From an uncultured virus (IMG/VR IMGVR_UViG_3300032116_011488) (Duplodnaviria; Heunggongvirae; Uroviricota; Caudoviricetes), in IMG/VR virus record IMGVR_UViG_3300032116_011488, positions 1 to 64,000 of that record: 64,000 nucleotides of DNA, one strand, 5' to 3'. The number at the start of each line of letters is the position of its first letter. The stretch's first letter is position 1. Below the pieces are notes generated by a model. The model was not told the DNA's origin. It searched no databases and was given only the letters and a program-made list of their open reading frames with translations. A program made the position numbers and the translations under genes. Of the stretch, positions 8,247-18,486 are shown piece by piece.

Positions 8247-9527
8247 ATGGCAGAGTTCGAATTTACGAACAAGCTTTTAAAGGAAGCAATCGCAGATGCA
8301 GAAGCAGTTCGTCAAACTGCTATTGAAAACGCAAAGCTTTCATTAGAAGAAACGTTCACACCCCAAATCAAGTCTATGTTATCACGTAGACTCCGTGCAG
8401 AAGCAGAAGGCATGGAACACGATGCAGAAGAAAAGGATGTAGAAACAAAGGAAGCACCAGAAGCAGAAAAGGAAGCACCAAAGGCAGCTCCAGTTGCTTC
8501 AGCAGAACCAAAGATGGAAACCGCAAAGGAACTTCCATTCCAAGACGGTGAAGCAGAAGGTTCATCAGAAATGCCAGCAGACTCATCAGACATCGGTGCA
8601 GGTGACAATAAGGAACCATCCGATGCATCATTCGATTCAGCAGATGACGACATGAGTGGTGAAGATGCAGGTGAAAGTGATACCGATTGGTATGACGATT
8701 GGTCAGATGCAGATTTCGACCTTGACGAAGTAATCAAGGAACTTGAAGCAGACCTCAAGGAAGTCTCACATGACGAAGAAGAAAAGGAAGAAATGAAGGA
8801 AGAAGTAGAAGGCGAAGAACACGAAGAAGAAAAGGAAGACGAGAAGGAAGAAGAAATGGCAGATGAAGCATACCCAGCAGAAAATCCAGAAGCTGGTGTT
8901 GCAAAGCCAGAAATTCCAGCTAAGTCTTCAGATATCGGAACAGAAGCTGCACACACCGCAGCAGATGTAAATACTTTCGTAACTGAACCATCAGATGTAA
9001 ATAAGATGGAAGGTGAAGAAATGGGAATGGAAAAAGGTCACGAAGAAGAAGGCGAAGAAGAACTTGATTTAGAAGCAATTCTCGCAGAATTGGAAGCCGA
9101 AGATGAAAAGCATAAGGCATCATCCGAAAAAATGGCAACCCTAGAGAAAGAACTTGCAGAATATCGTCAGGCTGTAAAGCTCCTACGAGGCAAGCTACAC
9201 GAAGTCAATCTTCTCAATGCAAAGCTCTTGTACACCAATAAGATTTTCCGTAAGGAAGGTTTGACTACTGAACAAAAGGTAATGGTCGTAGAAAACTTCG
9301 ATCGTGCAACCACTGTTCGTGAAATCAAGATGGTATACACAGTTTTGGTAGAAACATTAACTTCCGCAGCAAAGGTAGTAAAGGCAACAAAGGCACCAAG
9401 TAAGGTGGTAGCAGAAGGGTTCGCAAGTAAGGCAACCCCAAGTACCGCTCCAAAGACTGAAGCACCAGCAGTTATCGCAGAAAACTCTGTTGCTAAGCGT
9501 TTACAACAACTCGCAGGAATTATCTAA
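8247..9527 (+). CDS. Prohead scaffold/core protein (T4 gp22-like position)
   Basis: Highly acidic, low-complexity middle with helical ends. Immediately precedes the capsid gene. SD AGGAG. Confidence 0.75.
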   Translation: MAEFEFTNKLLKEAIADAEAVRQTAIENAKLSLEETFTPQIKSMLSRRLRAEAEGMEHDAEEKDVETKEAPEAEKEAPKAAPVASAEPKMETAKELPFQDGEAEGSSEMPADSSDIGAGDNKEPSDASFDSADDDMSGEDAGESDTDWYDDWSDADFDLDEVIKELEADLKEVSHDEEEKEEMKEEVEGEEHEEEKEDEKEEEMADEAYPAENPEAGVAKPEIPAKSSDIGTEAAHTAADVNTFVTEPSDVNKMEGEEMGMEKGHEEEGEEELDLEAILAELEAEDEKHKASSEKMATLEKELAEYRQAVKLLRGKLHEVNLLNAKLLYTNKIFRKEGLTTEQKVMVVENFDRATTVREIKMVYTVLVETLTSAAKVVKATKAPSKVVAEGFASKATPSTAPKTEAPAVIAENSVAKRLQQLAGII

Positions 9528-9545
9528 CCTCATAGGAGATTAAGC

Positions 9546-11141
9546 ATGTCAGACGTAAATTCATTAATCAACGAAGCCGGCTCAGCACACAAGGTTATCG
9601 TTGAACAATCCCGCCAATTGGCAGGAAAGTGGGAAAAGTCAGGCCTTCTTGAAGGCATGAAGGGAGCAGAGAAGCAAGGTATGGCAGTAATGCTTGAAAA
9701 CCAAGCTTCACAACTTCTCCAAGAAAACTCATACACCAACCTCGCAGGCACCGCAGGTGAACAATGGGCAGGTGTAGCACTTCCATTAGTTCGTAAGGTC
9801 TTCGGTTCAATCGCAGCTAAGAACTTCGTATCAGTCCAACCAATGAACCTTCCTTCAGGACTTGTGTTCTACATGGACTTCAAGTACGGCACAACTGTAA
9901 ACGGAAAGACCTCAGGAACCTCACTCTATGGTAACGCACTTGGTTCACCATTTGGTGGCTTCGGTAACTCAGATGAAGGCGGCTTATACGGCGCAGGTCA
10001 ATTTGCTTACACAGTAAATGATGCATCTTTGACCGGATTAACTACAGCTCCAGCATCTGCATCAGCATTATCAGACATCAACTTCAACTCAGATTACTCT
10101 GCTTCATTAGCAGCAGGTAACCTCTCGAAGTACTCAATCGCAACCAGTTCATTAACTGGTCTTGACAAGCTCGCAGTCCGCTCATTCATCCCATCAGGAT
10201 CAGTAGTTGACTTCGCAGCATTAGTACTTCCAGAATTCACCAAGATTGTTGGTGCAAACGTAGTGTTTATCGTTAACACCAACGTAGCAGCAGGCAAGAC
10301 CATCAACTCAGTTGCATACAGTAAGCAACCAACCGATTCAACCCGTGGTGATTTCGAAGATACAACTGGTGCAGATTTGAACATCCCACAAATCGACTTA
10401 GAACTTAAGTCAGAAACAATCGTAGCAAAGACCCGTAAGTTGAAGGCAGTCTGGTCACCAGAACTTGCACAAGACTTGAACGCTTACCACAGTGTTGATG
10501 CAGAAGCTGAATTAACAGCAATGTTAAGTGATTACATCTCAACCGAAATCGACCTCGAAATCCTTGATATGTTAATCGCAGCTGTTCCAACTCAAACCAC
10601 TGAATACTGGTCAGCTGAAATCGGTCGTGTGTACAACTCATCTTCTGGTGCATTCGCAGCATCATCATATACTGGTACTGCATGGACCAACATGACCTGG
10701 TTCCAAACTCTCGGTCAAAAGATGCAAAAGGTAAGTAACAAGATTCATCAACTCACCATGCGTGGTGGTGCAAACTTCGCAGTATGTTCACCAACCGTCG
10801 CAACAATCCTTGAAACCATCCCAGGCTTCATGGCAAACACAGATGGTGACAAGATGGAATTCGCAGGTGGCGTAACCAAGGTTGGTTCATTCCAAAACCG
10901 TTACACTATCTACAAGAACCCATACATGAAGGAAAACGTGTTGTTGATGGGCTTCCGTGGAAGTAACTTCCTCGAAACCGGTGCAGTATACGCACCATAT
11001 ATCCCACTCATCATGACTCCGCTCGTGTATGACCCAAACAACTTCACACCACGCCGTGGTGTAATGACCCGTTACGCAAAGAAGGTTGTACGCCCAGAAT
11101 TCTTCGGAAAGGTGTACATCGACGGATTAAACTTAATCTAA
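9546..11141 (+). CDS. Major capsid protein (T4 gp23-like)
   Basis: VQPMNLPSGLVFY, AKTRKLKAVWSPELAQDLNAYHSVDAEAEL, YAPYIPL, NFTPRRGVMTRYA. Confidence 0.96.
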   Translation: MSDVNSLINEAGSAHKVIVEQSRQLAGKWEKSGLLEGMKGAEKQGMAVMLENQASQLLQENSYTNLAGTAGEQWAGVALPLVRKVFGSIAAKNFVSVQPMNLPSGLVFYMDFKYGTTVNGKTSGTSLYGNALGSPFGGFGNSDEGGLYGAGQFAYTVNDASLTGLTTAPASASALSDINFNSDYSASLAAGNLSKYSIATSSLTGLDKLAVRSFIPSGSVVDFAALVLPEFTKIVGANVVFIVNTNVAAGKTINSVAYSKQPTDSTRGDFEDTTGADLNIPQIDLELKSETIVAKTRKLKAVWSPELAQDLNAYHSVDAEAELTAMLSDYISTEIDLEILDMLIAAVPTQTTEYWSAEIGRVYNSSSGAFAASSYTGTAWTNMTWFQTLGQKMQKVSNKIHQLTMRGGANFAVCSPTVATILETIPGFMANTDGDKMEFAGGVTKVGSFQNRYTIYKNPYMKENVLLMGFRGSNFLETGAVYAPYIPLIMTPLVYDPNNFTPRRGVMTRYAKKVVRPEFFGKVYIDGLNLI

Positions 11142-11168
11142 TCCTCGTAGTAACGGTGGGAATAAATG

Positions 11169-11197
11169 GGGTGGCCGAAAGGTCACCCTTTTTATTT
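11169..11197 (+). terminator. Intrinsic terminator after capsid gene
   Basis: GGGTGGCC-GAAA-GGTCACCC stem-loop followed by TTTTTATTT. Confidence 0.85.
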
Positions 11198-11262
11198 GCC
11201 TTAAAATACTACTTAATGATTTAATAAAACTATTTATTGTAAGTCCCTAATTAGAGATTATT

Positions 11263-12417
11263 ATGGAAACACAAGAACCAATATTCTATGATGGTAGTCC
11301 TTCAAATCCATTTGGAATAACTCCATTCGGATTCTATGATAGCGATTCTGAATTCCAAACGGATGCTCCAAGAGCAGCAGAATTCGTTGCAAGAAAACTT
11401 GGATGGCCTGTTGTAGAAGTTGAATTAATTGATAAACAAATTTATGCGTGTTTTGAAGAAGCTATTACCACATATGGTAATCAAGTCAATCAATTTAATG
11501 CGCGTGAACATATGATGACTTTACAAGGGGTATCAACAGCTACTTCCGCAACACAACGTAATATCGTCGGGTCTGCTATTCCACAAGTAGTAAAGTTAGC
11601 AACAGACTATGGCGTAGAAGCACAATCTGGTGGTGATGTTACCGTAAAACAAGGTTATATCTCTGCTTCTATGGGTACACAAAGTTATGACATTAAAACT
11701 TTGTGGGCAGATGTTAGTGAAAGTGGTAAGAAGTTAGAAATTCGTCGTATTTACCATTACATGCCACCAGCAGTCGCTCGTTACTATGACCCGTTCGCAA
11801 CAACTGGTCTTGGGTTGACTAACTTGATGGCAGAATTTGGATTCGATGGATATTCACCACCGGTGACCTTCGTGATGATGCCAGCCTACGAAGATTTACT
11901 CCGTATTCAAGCAATCGAAATCAACGATATGATTCGTAAGAGTCAATATGGATTCGAAGTGTCAAATAATATTATTAGATTCTCACCAGTATTTAAAGAA
12001 TCAAAGACAATATGGTTTGACTATATGATAGTAGATGATAAGCAAGCAAATACATTCCAATCTGGGTCAAATATCGCAAGTGATTTATCGAATGTCCCAT
12101 ATACCAATATCAATTACACAAAAACCAATGATATGTCACGACTATGGATATTCCGTTATACACTTGCATTAGCAAAAGAACTTCTTGGTATCATTCGTTC
12201 TAAGTTTGAAAATATTCCATATCCAGACGGACAAATTCGTTTGGACGGCGAAATTCTTAGAAGAGAAGCTATTGCTGAAAAAGAAGGATTAATTAAAGAA
12301 CTTCGTGAAACACTTGAAGAAACTGGAATGCAAGCACAAATGAAGAAGCAAATGGAAAATTCAGAAAATATGCAAAAGATGTTCAAGAATGTTCCTACTC
12401 TCATTTACATAGGTTAA
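11263..12417 (+). CDS. Neck/head completion protein (T4 gp13-like)
   Basis: RKLGWPVVEVEL near the N-terminus. WIFRYTLALAKELLGIIRSKF..IP..LDGE near the C-terminus. Confidence 0.75.
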   Translation: METQEPIFYDGSPSNPFGITPFGFYDSDSEFQTDAPRAAEFVARKLGWPVVEVELIDKQIYACFEEAITTYGNQVNQFNAREHMMTLQGVSTATSATQRNIVGSAIPQVVKLATDYGVEAQSGGDVTVKQGYISASMGTQSYDIKTLWADVSESGKKLEIRRIYHYMPPAVARYYDPFATTGLGLTNLMAEFGFDGYSPPVTFVMMPAYEDLLRIQAIEINDMIRKSQYGFEVSNNIIRFSPVFKESKTIWFDYMIVDDKQANTFQSGSNIASDLSNVPYTNINYTKTNDMSRLWIFRYTLALAKELLGIIRSKFENIPYPDGQIRLDGEILRREAIAEKEGLIKELRETLEETGMQAQMKKQMENSENMQKMFKNVPTLIYIG

Positions 12418-12420
12418 TCA

Positions 12421-12879
12421 ATGGCACGCTTCGTTACAAAACGAGATTTTGAATTTATCCAACACATCACTCGGGAATTGATTGATGAAACGATGGATGT
12501 TGCTGTTGTATTATATAAAATTGTAGTGGAATCTGCTAAGGTAAATATCTATGGAGAAAGCACTGTAAAACCTAGATATACTCCTGTCAAAGTTAACGCT
12601 ATCGTCAAATATGATAAAAATACACTAGCAAGAGATGAAGGATTTGGACTAAATCAAGAACAGCAAACAGAGTTTAGATTTGCTCGTCGTATGTTACAAG
12701 ATGTTAACACCTATCCAGAAATTGGTGATATTATCGGATATAATAATCATTTTTATGAAGTCCACAATATCACAGAAACACAACTTATTGCAGGTAAGCC
12801 AGGGTTTAATACCGCAATCATTTGTATGGCACACTTAACTCGTCGTACAAGTATTGATATTGAAGAGGCACAAGTATGA
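12421..12879 (+). CDS. Head closure/neck protein (gp14-like)
   Basis: Position after the neck gene. NIYGES and YPEIGDII motifs. Confidence 0.6.
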   Translation: MARFVTKRDFEFIQHITRELIDETMDVAVVLYKIVVESAKVNIYGESTVKPRYTPVKVNAIVKYDKNTLARDEGFGLNQEQQTEFRFARRMLQDVNTYPEIGDIIGYNNHFYEVHNITETQLIAGKPGFNTAIICMAHLTRRTSIDIEEAQV

Positions 12880-13673
12880 CCTTCGACCCAGAATATAAAG
12901 AACCTGTAAAGATTGTTAATGATAGCCAACAATCCCCAAGGTTACAGAGTAGAGCAGACGATACGGTAACAGATTCTCCAGCAATTAAAGTTACATTATA
13001 CACAGTTGATAATGCAATTTTAAAATATATGAATGACCGCATTAAACCAATTGTAACACAAAATGGGTCACAAGTTAAAGTACCGGTATTGTATGGTGAC
13101 CCAGAACGATGGAAGTCTGCTCAACGGGATGGAGTTATGCGTGATTCTATTGGAAAGATACAACTTCCAATGATTATGCTTCGCAGAACATCAATGAAAA
13201 AGACTCTAATTAATTCTGCGGTCAACAAATATTATGACAGAACATTTTATTCTGGGTGGAACAGACGGACACCATATGACCAATTTAGTGTTGTAAACAA
13301 AGTAGTTCCAAGTCGAGAATATTTTAATACAACGGCAGCTCCAGACTATTATGAATTTACATATAAATGTATGGTCTGGACTGAATATATGGAACAGATG
13401 AATAGTATTGTTGAAAATATCTCATTTGAAAGTGACGAATTTTGGGGCGAAAGAAACAACTATAAATTTCGTACTATTATTAAGGGATTTGAACCACTTA
13501 CCGAACTACCAAATACCTCCGACCGCGTGGTACGCACTCAATTCGATATGACCGTATACGCATACCTATTACCAGAGTCACAATTAGATGTTGGTGGTAA
13601 TAGAGGATTGGTCACAAAGAAGCGCTATGGAGTCAAAAAAGTGGTCACTTTTACTGAAATAGAAAGTGAATAA
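12876..13673 (+). CDS. Tail completion/sheath stabiliser (T4 gp15-like)
   Basis: KVPVLYGDPERW, IQLPMIML, EQMNSIVENI pattern, and gene order. Confidence 0.65.
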   Translation: MTFDPEYKEPVKIVNDSQQSPRLQSRADDTVTDSPAIKVTLYTVDNAILKYMNDRIKPIVTQNGSQVKVPVLYGDPERWKSAQRDGVMRDSIGKIQLPMIMLRRTSMKKTLINSAVNKYYDRTFYSGWNRRTPYDQFSVVNKVVPSREYFNTTAAPDYYEFTYKCMVWTEYMEQMNSIVENISFESDEFWGERNNYKFRTIIKGFEPLTELPNTSDRVVRTQFDMTVYAYLLPESQLDVGGNRGLVTKKRYGVKKVVTFTEIESE

Positions 13674-13704
13674 TTGATGTTTAGGTAAAAAAACAGATAT
13701 TTAT
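13672..13704 (+). promoter_or_regulatory. Putative late promoter region of the tail operon
   Basis: AATTGATGTTT...AAAAAACAGATATTTAT, similar to 8120-8160. Confidence 0.5.
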
Positions 13705-13739
13705 TATACGAGTTGTATTGTACACAAAAAGAGGTTATT

Positions 13740-14006
13740 ATGGCTGAAATCACAAAAGAAGAGCTGGAACAAATTAGTAGTTTGCGAAATAAGCTCGCAA
13801 CGGTAGTCTCTGATTCTGGACAATTGACATTACAAATTCAATTACTCCAAGCAGATATTGTAGAACTGAATAATAAACTTGGTGAACAGACTAAGTTGTT
13901 CAAGGGGCTGTTAGAAGAAGAACAAGTATTAATCAAAGGGTTATCTGAAAAGTATGGCGCTGGTCAAATCAACTTTGAAACCGGCGAATTTACACCAGAG
14001 AAATAA
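13740..14006 (+). CDS. Small coiled-coil protein
   Basis: ATG at 13740 after GAGG. Heptad pattern, ending KYGAGQINFETGEF. Confidence 0.7.
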   Translation: MAEITKEELEQISSLRNKLATVVSDSGQLTLQIQLLQADIVELNNKLGEQTKLFKGLLEEEQVLIKGLSEKYGAGQINFETGEFTPEK

Positions 14007-14031
14007 CAAAATTTAGTTTGGAGAATACCGT

Positions 14032-16368
14032 ATGGCAGAAAGAATCGTGTCGCCTGGTGTCTTTACACAAGAACGCGACCAAACATTCCTCGCTCAAGGC
14101 GTTGCTGAAATAGGCGCGGCGTTTGTTGGTCCAACCACAAAAGGACCAGCATTCGTAGCTACCCCAGTTCAAGGACTAGATGGATTCGTCACCTCATTTG
14201 GTGAACCAGATGGTACTTCTTATATGGGATACACCGTTAAGAACTACCTTCAAGAAGCAGGTAGTGCAACAATCGTTCGTGTTCTTGGTTTAGCTGGATA
14301 CACAACCAGTGTCGCAACTATCTTCGCTTCTGGTTCAGCTGGAAATAAGGTATTCGCAGTTCTTCATCCGACTGTATCAGGAAGTTCACTTAGTAGTGTA
14401 GTGGTAGGTGGTACCACATCAAGTTTCAGTGTAGTGGTCAGTAGTTCCGCTGCAATTCATTATTCAGCAAGTGTAGTAAGTCCAACAGAAACAAATTCTT
14501 CATTCATCAACCAAGTATTTGGTACCGATGCACAAGGTAAGAGTTCAACTATTCCTGCATATGTTTATGCAGTGTTTCCAGATGCACTCAGTCAAGTTGG
14601 TTCATTCGCTGGAGAATTAATCCATTTCTCAGCAAGTATTAACACACTAAATTTAGCAACTCAATATGATAATGCAACCACTCCTTTTATTCGTTCACAA
14701 ACCATCGGTGGTACAAAGTATAACTTGTTTAAGGTACACACATTAAGTGATGGTACTGGTGCAAACAAAGAAATTAAGATTTCTATTACTGGTATTTCAC
14801 CAAGTACAAATCCAGACAGCGATTATGGTACATTTACTCTCAATGTTCGTGAATTTGGTGACACGGACACATCACCAGTTGTACTTGAAAGTTTCAATAA
14901 TTTAAACTTTGACCCAACTAGTCCAAACTATATTGCACGGGTCATCGGTAACAGTGTACCAACATATGATTCAAGCACGGGATTAACTAATTATGAAGGT
15001 GATTATCCAAACCTTTCAAAGTATATTCGTGTAGAAATGAGTGAAGATGTAATCCCAGATACCGCAGTACCATATGGATTCGCAGCATTGAATTCAATAT
15101 TTTCATCAACCGCAGGTGAAGTACCGTTACACGCATATGTAAACAGTCGTTGGGTAAGTGCAAGTGTTGCTGGATACAATGCAGACGCAACTGGTCCAAA
15201 CACTAACTACTACGGATTCAACTTTGATGGTACATACGTATCTGGTAGTGGTTTTACCGCAGAATCATATCTCGCACCAACAGTAGGTTCAAATACGGTT
15301 GGTGGTGAATTCAATATTGAAAATCTTCCAGCAACAGAAGTTAATGGAAGTTCAATTTCATTAACCAATCGTGACCACACAACCTATCGTCGTTTCTCAG
15401 TTCCATTCCAAGGTGGATTCGATGGATTTAAGCCAAACCGTGAAATCGCACTTGGTGGTGCAATCACCGCAACAAATACTCAAGGATTCAATCTTAACGG
15501 TGCAGCAGCATCTGGTTCAGTAGAATACAAGAGAGCATTAAATCAATTAAGTAATGCAGATGCAGTAGACTTCAACCTCTTGGTCGTACCTGGTGTTATC
15601 TACTCGCAACACACCAATGTTGCACAAACTGCAATCGACATCTGTGAACAACGTGGAGATTGCTTTTTCATTCTAGACCTCGATGTACTTGAAGCAACAA
15701 TTACTTCAGTGACTTCATACGCAGAACTTCTTGATACTAATTACGCAGCTGCTTACTATCCTTGGGTTCGTGTTCTTGATGACATTACTGGTAAGTTTAT
15801 TTATGCACCTCCTTCAGTAGTACTTCCAGAAGTGTATCAATATAGTGATAATGTTGGCGCAGAATGGTTTGCACCAGCAGGCTTGAATCGTGGTGGTATT
15901 CCAGGCGCAATCGGTGTCAAGGCCAGATTAACACAAGCACAACGCGACGAATTGTACGAATCAAGAGTCAATCCAATCGCACAGTTCCCAGGCCAAGGTA
16001 TCTGTGTATGGGGACAAAAGACACTTCAACGCCGTGCATCAGCACTTGACCGTGTAAATGTCCGTCGTCTTCTTATCACTGTTAAGAAGTACATCGCAAG
16101 TTCAGCACGTTACTTGGTCTTCGAACAAAATACCGAAGCAACTCGTACACGTTTCTTGAACATTGTCAATCCATATCTCGCAGGTATTCAACAACGTTCT
16201 GGTTTGACCGCATTCCGTGTGGTTATGGACGAAACCAATAATACACCAGATATTATTGACCGTAACATCTTGGCTGGGGCAATCTTCCTCCAACCAACTC
16301 GTACCGCAGAATTCATCCAGTTGGATTTCAACATTCTCCCAACTGGTGCAACCTTCGATACCATCTAA
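14032..16368 (+). CDS. Tail sheath protein (T4 gp18-like)
   Basis: SPGVFTQERD, FVGPTTKGP, WFAPAGLNRG, LYESRVNPI, WGQKTLQ, DRVNVRRL, DETNNTPDIIDRN, PTRTAEFI. Confidence 0.95.
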   Translation: MAERIVSPGVFTQERDQTFLAQGVAEIGAAFVGPTTKGPAFVATPVQGLDGFVTSFGEPDGTSYMGYTVKNYLQEAGSATIVRVLGLAGYTTSVATIFASGSAGNKVFAVLHPTVSGSSLSSVVVGGTTSSFSVVVSSSAAIHYSASVVSPTETNSSFINQVFGTDAQGKSSTIPAYVYAVFPDALSQVGSFAGELIHFSASINTLNLATQYDNATTPFIRSQTIGGTKYNLFKVHTLSDGTGANKEIKISITGISPSTNPDSDYGTFTLNVREFGDTDTSPVVLESFNNLNFDPTSPNYIARVIGNSVPTYDSSTGLTNYEGDYPNLSKYIRVEMSEDVIPDTAVPYGFAALNSIFSSTAGEVPLHAYVNSRWVSASVAGYNADATGPNTNYYGFNFDGTYVSGSGFTAESYLAPTVGSNTVGGEFNIENLPATEVNGSSISLTNRDHTTYRRFSVPFQGGFDGFKPNREIALGGAITATNTQGFNLNGAAASGSVEYKRALNQLSNADAVDFNLLVVPGVIYSQHTNVAQTAIDICEQRGDCFFILDLDVLEATITSVTSYAELLDTNYAAAYYPWVRVLDDITGKFIYAPPSVVLPEVYQYSDNVGAEWFAPAGLNRGGIPGAIGVKARLTQAQRDELYESRVNPIAQFPGQGICVWGQKTLQRRASALDRVNVRRLLITVKKYIASSARYLVFEQNTEATRTRFLNIVNPYLAGIQQRSGLTAFRVVMDETNNTPDIIDRNILAGAIFLQPTRTAEFIQLDFNILPTGATFDTI

Positions 16369-16425
16369 TCAGTTTTTTCAATAACCACTATTTATTAAAG
16401 TACCAATCTATATCTGGAGAGCCAT

Positions 16426-16914
16426 ATGGCAAATTTGGTCAATGAACAAGAACTATTTTTCACCGCATTCGAACCAAAGACTGCGAATCGCTATATTATG
16501 TCTATCGACGGAATTCCTTCCTATCTTATCAAGAAGGCAGACCGTCCAAAGATTACCCAAGAAAAGAAGCGTTTAGACCACATCAATCTACAACGCTACA
16601 TCAAGGGTAAGACTGTATGGGATGAAATGGTATTAGAATTATATGACCCAATCGTACCATCAGGTGCACAAGCAGTAATGGAATGGGTTCGTCTTCACCA
16701 CGAATCAGTCACCGGCCGTGACGGATATGCAGAATTCTACAAGAAGGACATCATCATTAATGTTCTTGGTCCAGTAGGTGATAAGGTTGAAGAATGGATT
16801 CTTAAGGGCGCACAAATCACCAAAGTTGAATTCGGTGAAATGAGTTGGGAAAAGGACGACCCTATGTCCATCTCATTGACCATCCAACCAGACTACTGCA
16901 TCCTCAACTACTAA
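16426..16914 (+). CDS. Tail tube protein (T4 gp19-like)
   Basis: Follows the sheath gene. YIKGKTVWDEMVLELYDP...YKKDIIINVLGPVGDKVEEWILKGA. Confidence 0.88.
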   Translation: MANLVNEQELFFTAFEPKTANRYIMSIDGIPSYLIKKADRPKITQEKKRLDHINLQRYIKGKTVWDEMVLELYDPIVPSGAQAVMEWVRLHHESVTGRDGYAEFYKKDIIINVLGPVGDKVEEWILKGAQITKVEFGEMSWEKDDPMSISLTIQPDYCILNY

Positions 16915-16929
16915 TATTGTAGTAAAAGC

Positions 16930-16959
16930 AAAAACCCCACCTAAAAAGTGGGGTTTTTT
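16930..16959 (+). terminator. Intrinsic (possibly bidirectional) terminator after tail tube gene
   Basis: AAAAACCCCAC-CTAAAAA-GTGGGGTTTTTT. Confidence 0.85.
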
Positions 16960-17016
16960 GTTATATACCAATACTTAGTGATACTTATATAAAGGTGTAT
17001 TTTTTCGAGGAAGACT

Positions 17017-17355
17017 ATGGCAGAAATTACTGAATTCAACATTGGTCAAGGGGAAACTTTCAAAATATTGACCAGCCTAGAAAATATAGATACAGATTCT
17101 TACTTAGATATAACAAATTATACATTTACTGGCCAAGTTCGTGAAAATTTTAGCACGGATGAAATTGCTGCTACATTTACGATTACAAAAATAAATCCAC
17201 AGACTTCGGGAAGTTTCTATATAGAATTAAGCCCTTCGGATACAAGTGCATTAACACAGCGTAAGTATGTGTATGATGTCAAGATGACCAGTGGTTCCAT
17301 CACTCGTCGTGTTCTTGAAGGATACTTTGTCGTTCGCCCAGCTGCTACGAGATAA
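17017..17355 (+). CDS. Small beta-sandwich structural protein (baseplate/fibre adaptor-like)
   Basis: IGQGETF...LDITNYTFTGQVR...YVYDVKM...RVLEG pattern seen in T4-like virion proteins. Confidence 0.6.
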   Translation: MAEITEFNIGQGETFKILTSLENIDTDSYLDITNYTFTGQVRENFSTDEIAATFTITKINPQTSGSFYIELSPSDTSALTQRKYVYDVKMTSGSITRRVLEGYFVVRPAATR

Positions 17356-17358
17356 TAG

Positions 17359-18438
17359 ATGAGTAATTTTATCGTCAATACCGATATTCCAAATCTTCGG
17401 GTTGTTGTTAGAGAAGGTGACCAATATAATATAAACATCGTCCCAGGTAGAATTACTACACAAGTCACTGGGTCGTTTACTAGTTACGCAGATATGGCCG
17501 GAATGGCAGCATCTGCTTCATATGTTAGTGGTGCAGGTGTATTCGCAGAGTTTGCAACATCGGCAAGTTATGCACAAACCGCAGAAACTATAAATTTTGC
17601 AACGGTAACAGATAATAGAAGATTTCCTGTTGTATTTATCAGCGGTTCCCGTATATCCACAGATACGACAGGACATTTTGGATTTAATCCGAACACGCAC
17701 ACAGTAACTATTAGTGGTAGCCTTGACCAAGATGGTGGAGTCGCAAGTCTATCACCACGAAGTATACTATTCTTTTCCGGTAGTAGTTCTGCAATATTAG
17801 ACAAGTATGGAATGTATGCTAATTCCGAAGGTAAACTAATAGGATTAGCATCGAACCCATCACAAATAGATCCATTTTTATCGGGTAATACCGACCCTGC
17901 AATATTTCTTACATCGGGTAGTGGATTTAACAGTGCATACATACCAGTACAATTTCAAGCATCAGGAAGTTATACCGACGGTCGGGTAACAGTAAATACT
18001 CCACTTTTAGCAAAACAAAGTGTAGAAGTCACTGGATCAGCTACAATAACGGAATTTGTAAAATCTAATGAATACAAGTTAAATGCAGGTACAGTTTCAA
18101 TCATATTCACGGGTTCAATTAATCAAGGTATATTTGGGGTAACTGAATATATCCAACCCTACATTTCTACCACAGAATACTCAGGAATGACAGTAGAATA
18201 CCTCGCCCAACGACCAGGCGCATGCAGAATGGGTATTATTATGGCATCGTGGTTAGATACAGCCAGTATTGTATTTACTGATATTTCCACTACCGATATC
18301 GGGGATACAAGTGATATAACATTTAGATTTTTAAGTAGTTCAAATGAATTACGGTTACGGGTCAATAGTGACGGGTCAGGCAGTGGAGCTTGGACTGTAC
18401 AAAGTTTATTCAAATTGTTTCCAAATTTGAGTTCTTAA
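17359..18438 (+). CDS. Putative fibre/structural protein
   Basis: S/G/T-rich with SASY motifs. C-terminal domain is similar to that of 18487-20943. Confidence 0.65.
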   Translation: MSNFIVNTDIPNLRVVVREGDQYNINIVPGRITTQVTGSFTSYADMAGMAASASYVSGAGVFAEFATSASYAQTAETINFATVTDNRRFPVVFISGSRISTDTTGHFGFNPNTHTVTISGSLDQDGGVASLSPRSILFFSGSSSAILDKYGMYANSEGKLIGLASNPSQIDPFLSGNTDPAIFLTSGSGFNSAYIPVQFQASGSYTDGRVTVNTPLLAKQSVEVTGSATITEFVKSNEYKLNAGTVSIIFTGSINQGIFGVTEYIQPYISTTEYSGMTVEYLAQRPGACRMGIIMASWLDTASIVFTDISTTDIGDTSDITFRFLSSSNELRLRVNSDGSGSGAWTVQSLFKLFPNLSS

Positions 18439-18486
18439 AGAAGTATTTAATATTTATATACAATAAAACCCCGTTGGGAGAACCGT

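Noticed and set aside
8312..8956. 214-aa Ser-rich minus-strand ORF, and similar antisense ORFs across the window
   Set aside because: It is the antisense of Glu/Asp-rich GAA/GAT codons in the scaffold gene. The + strand is already fully tiled by coupled genes.
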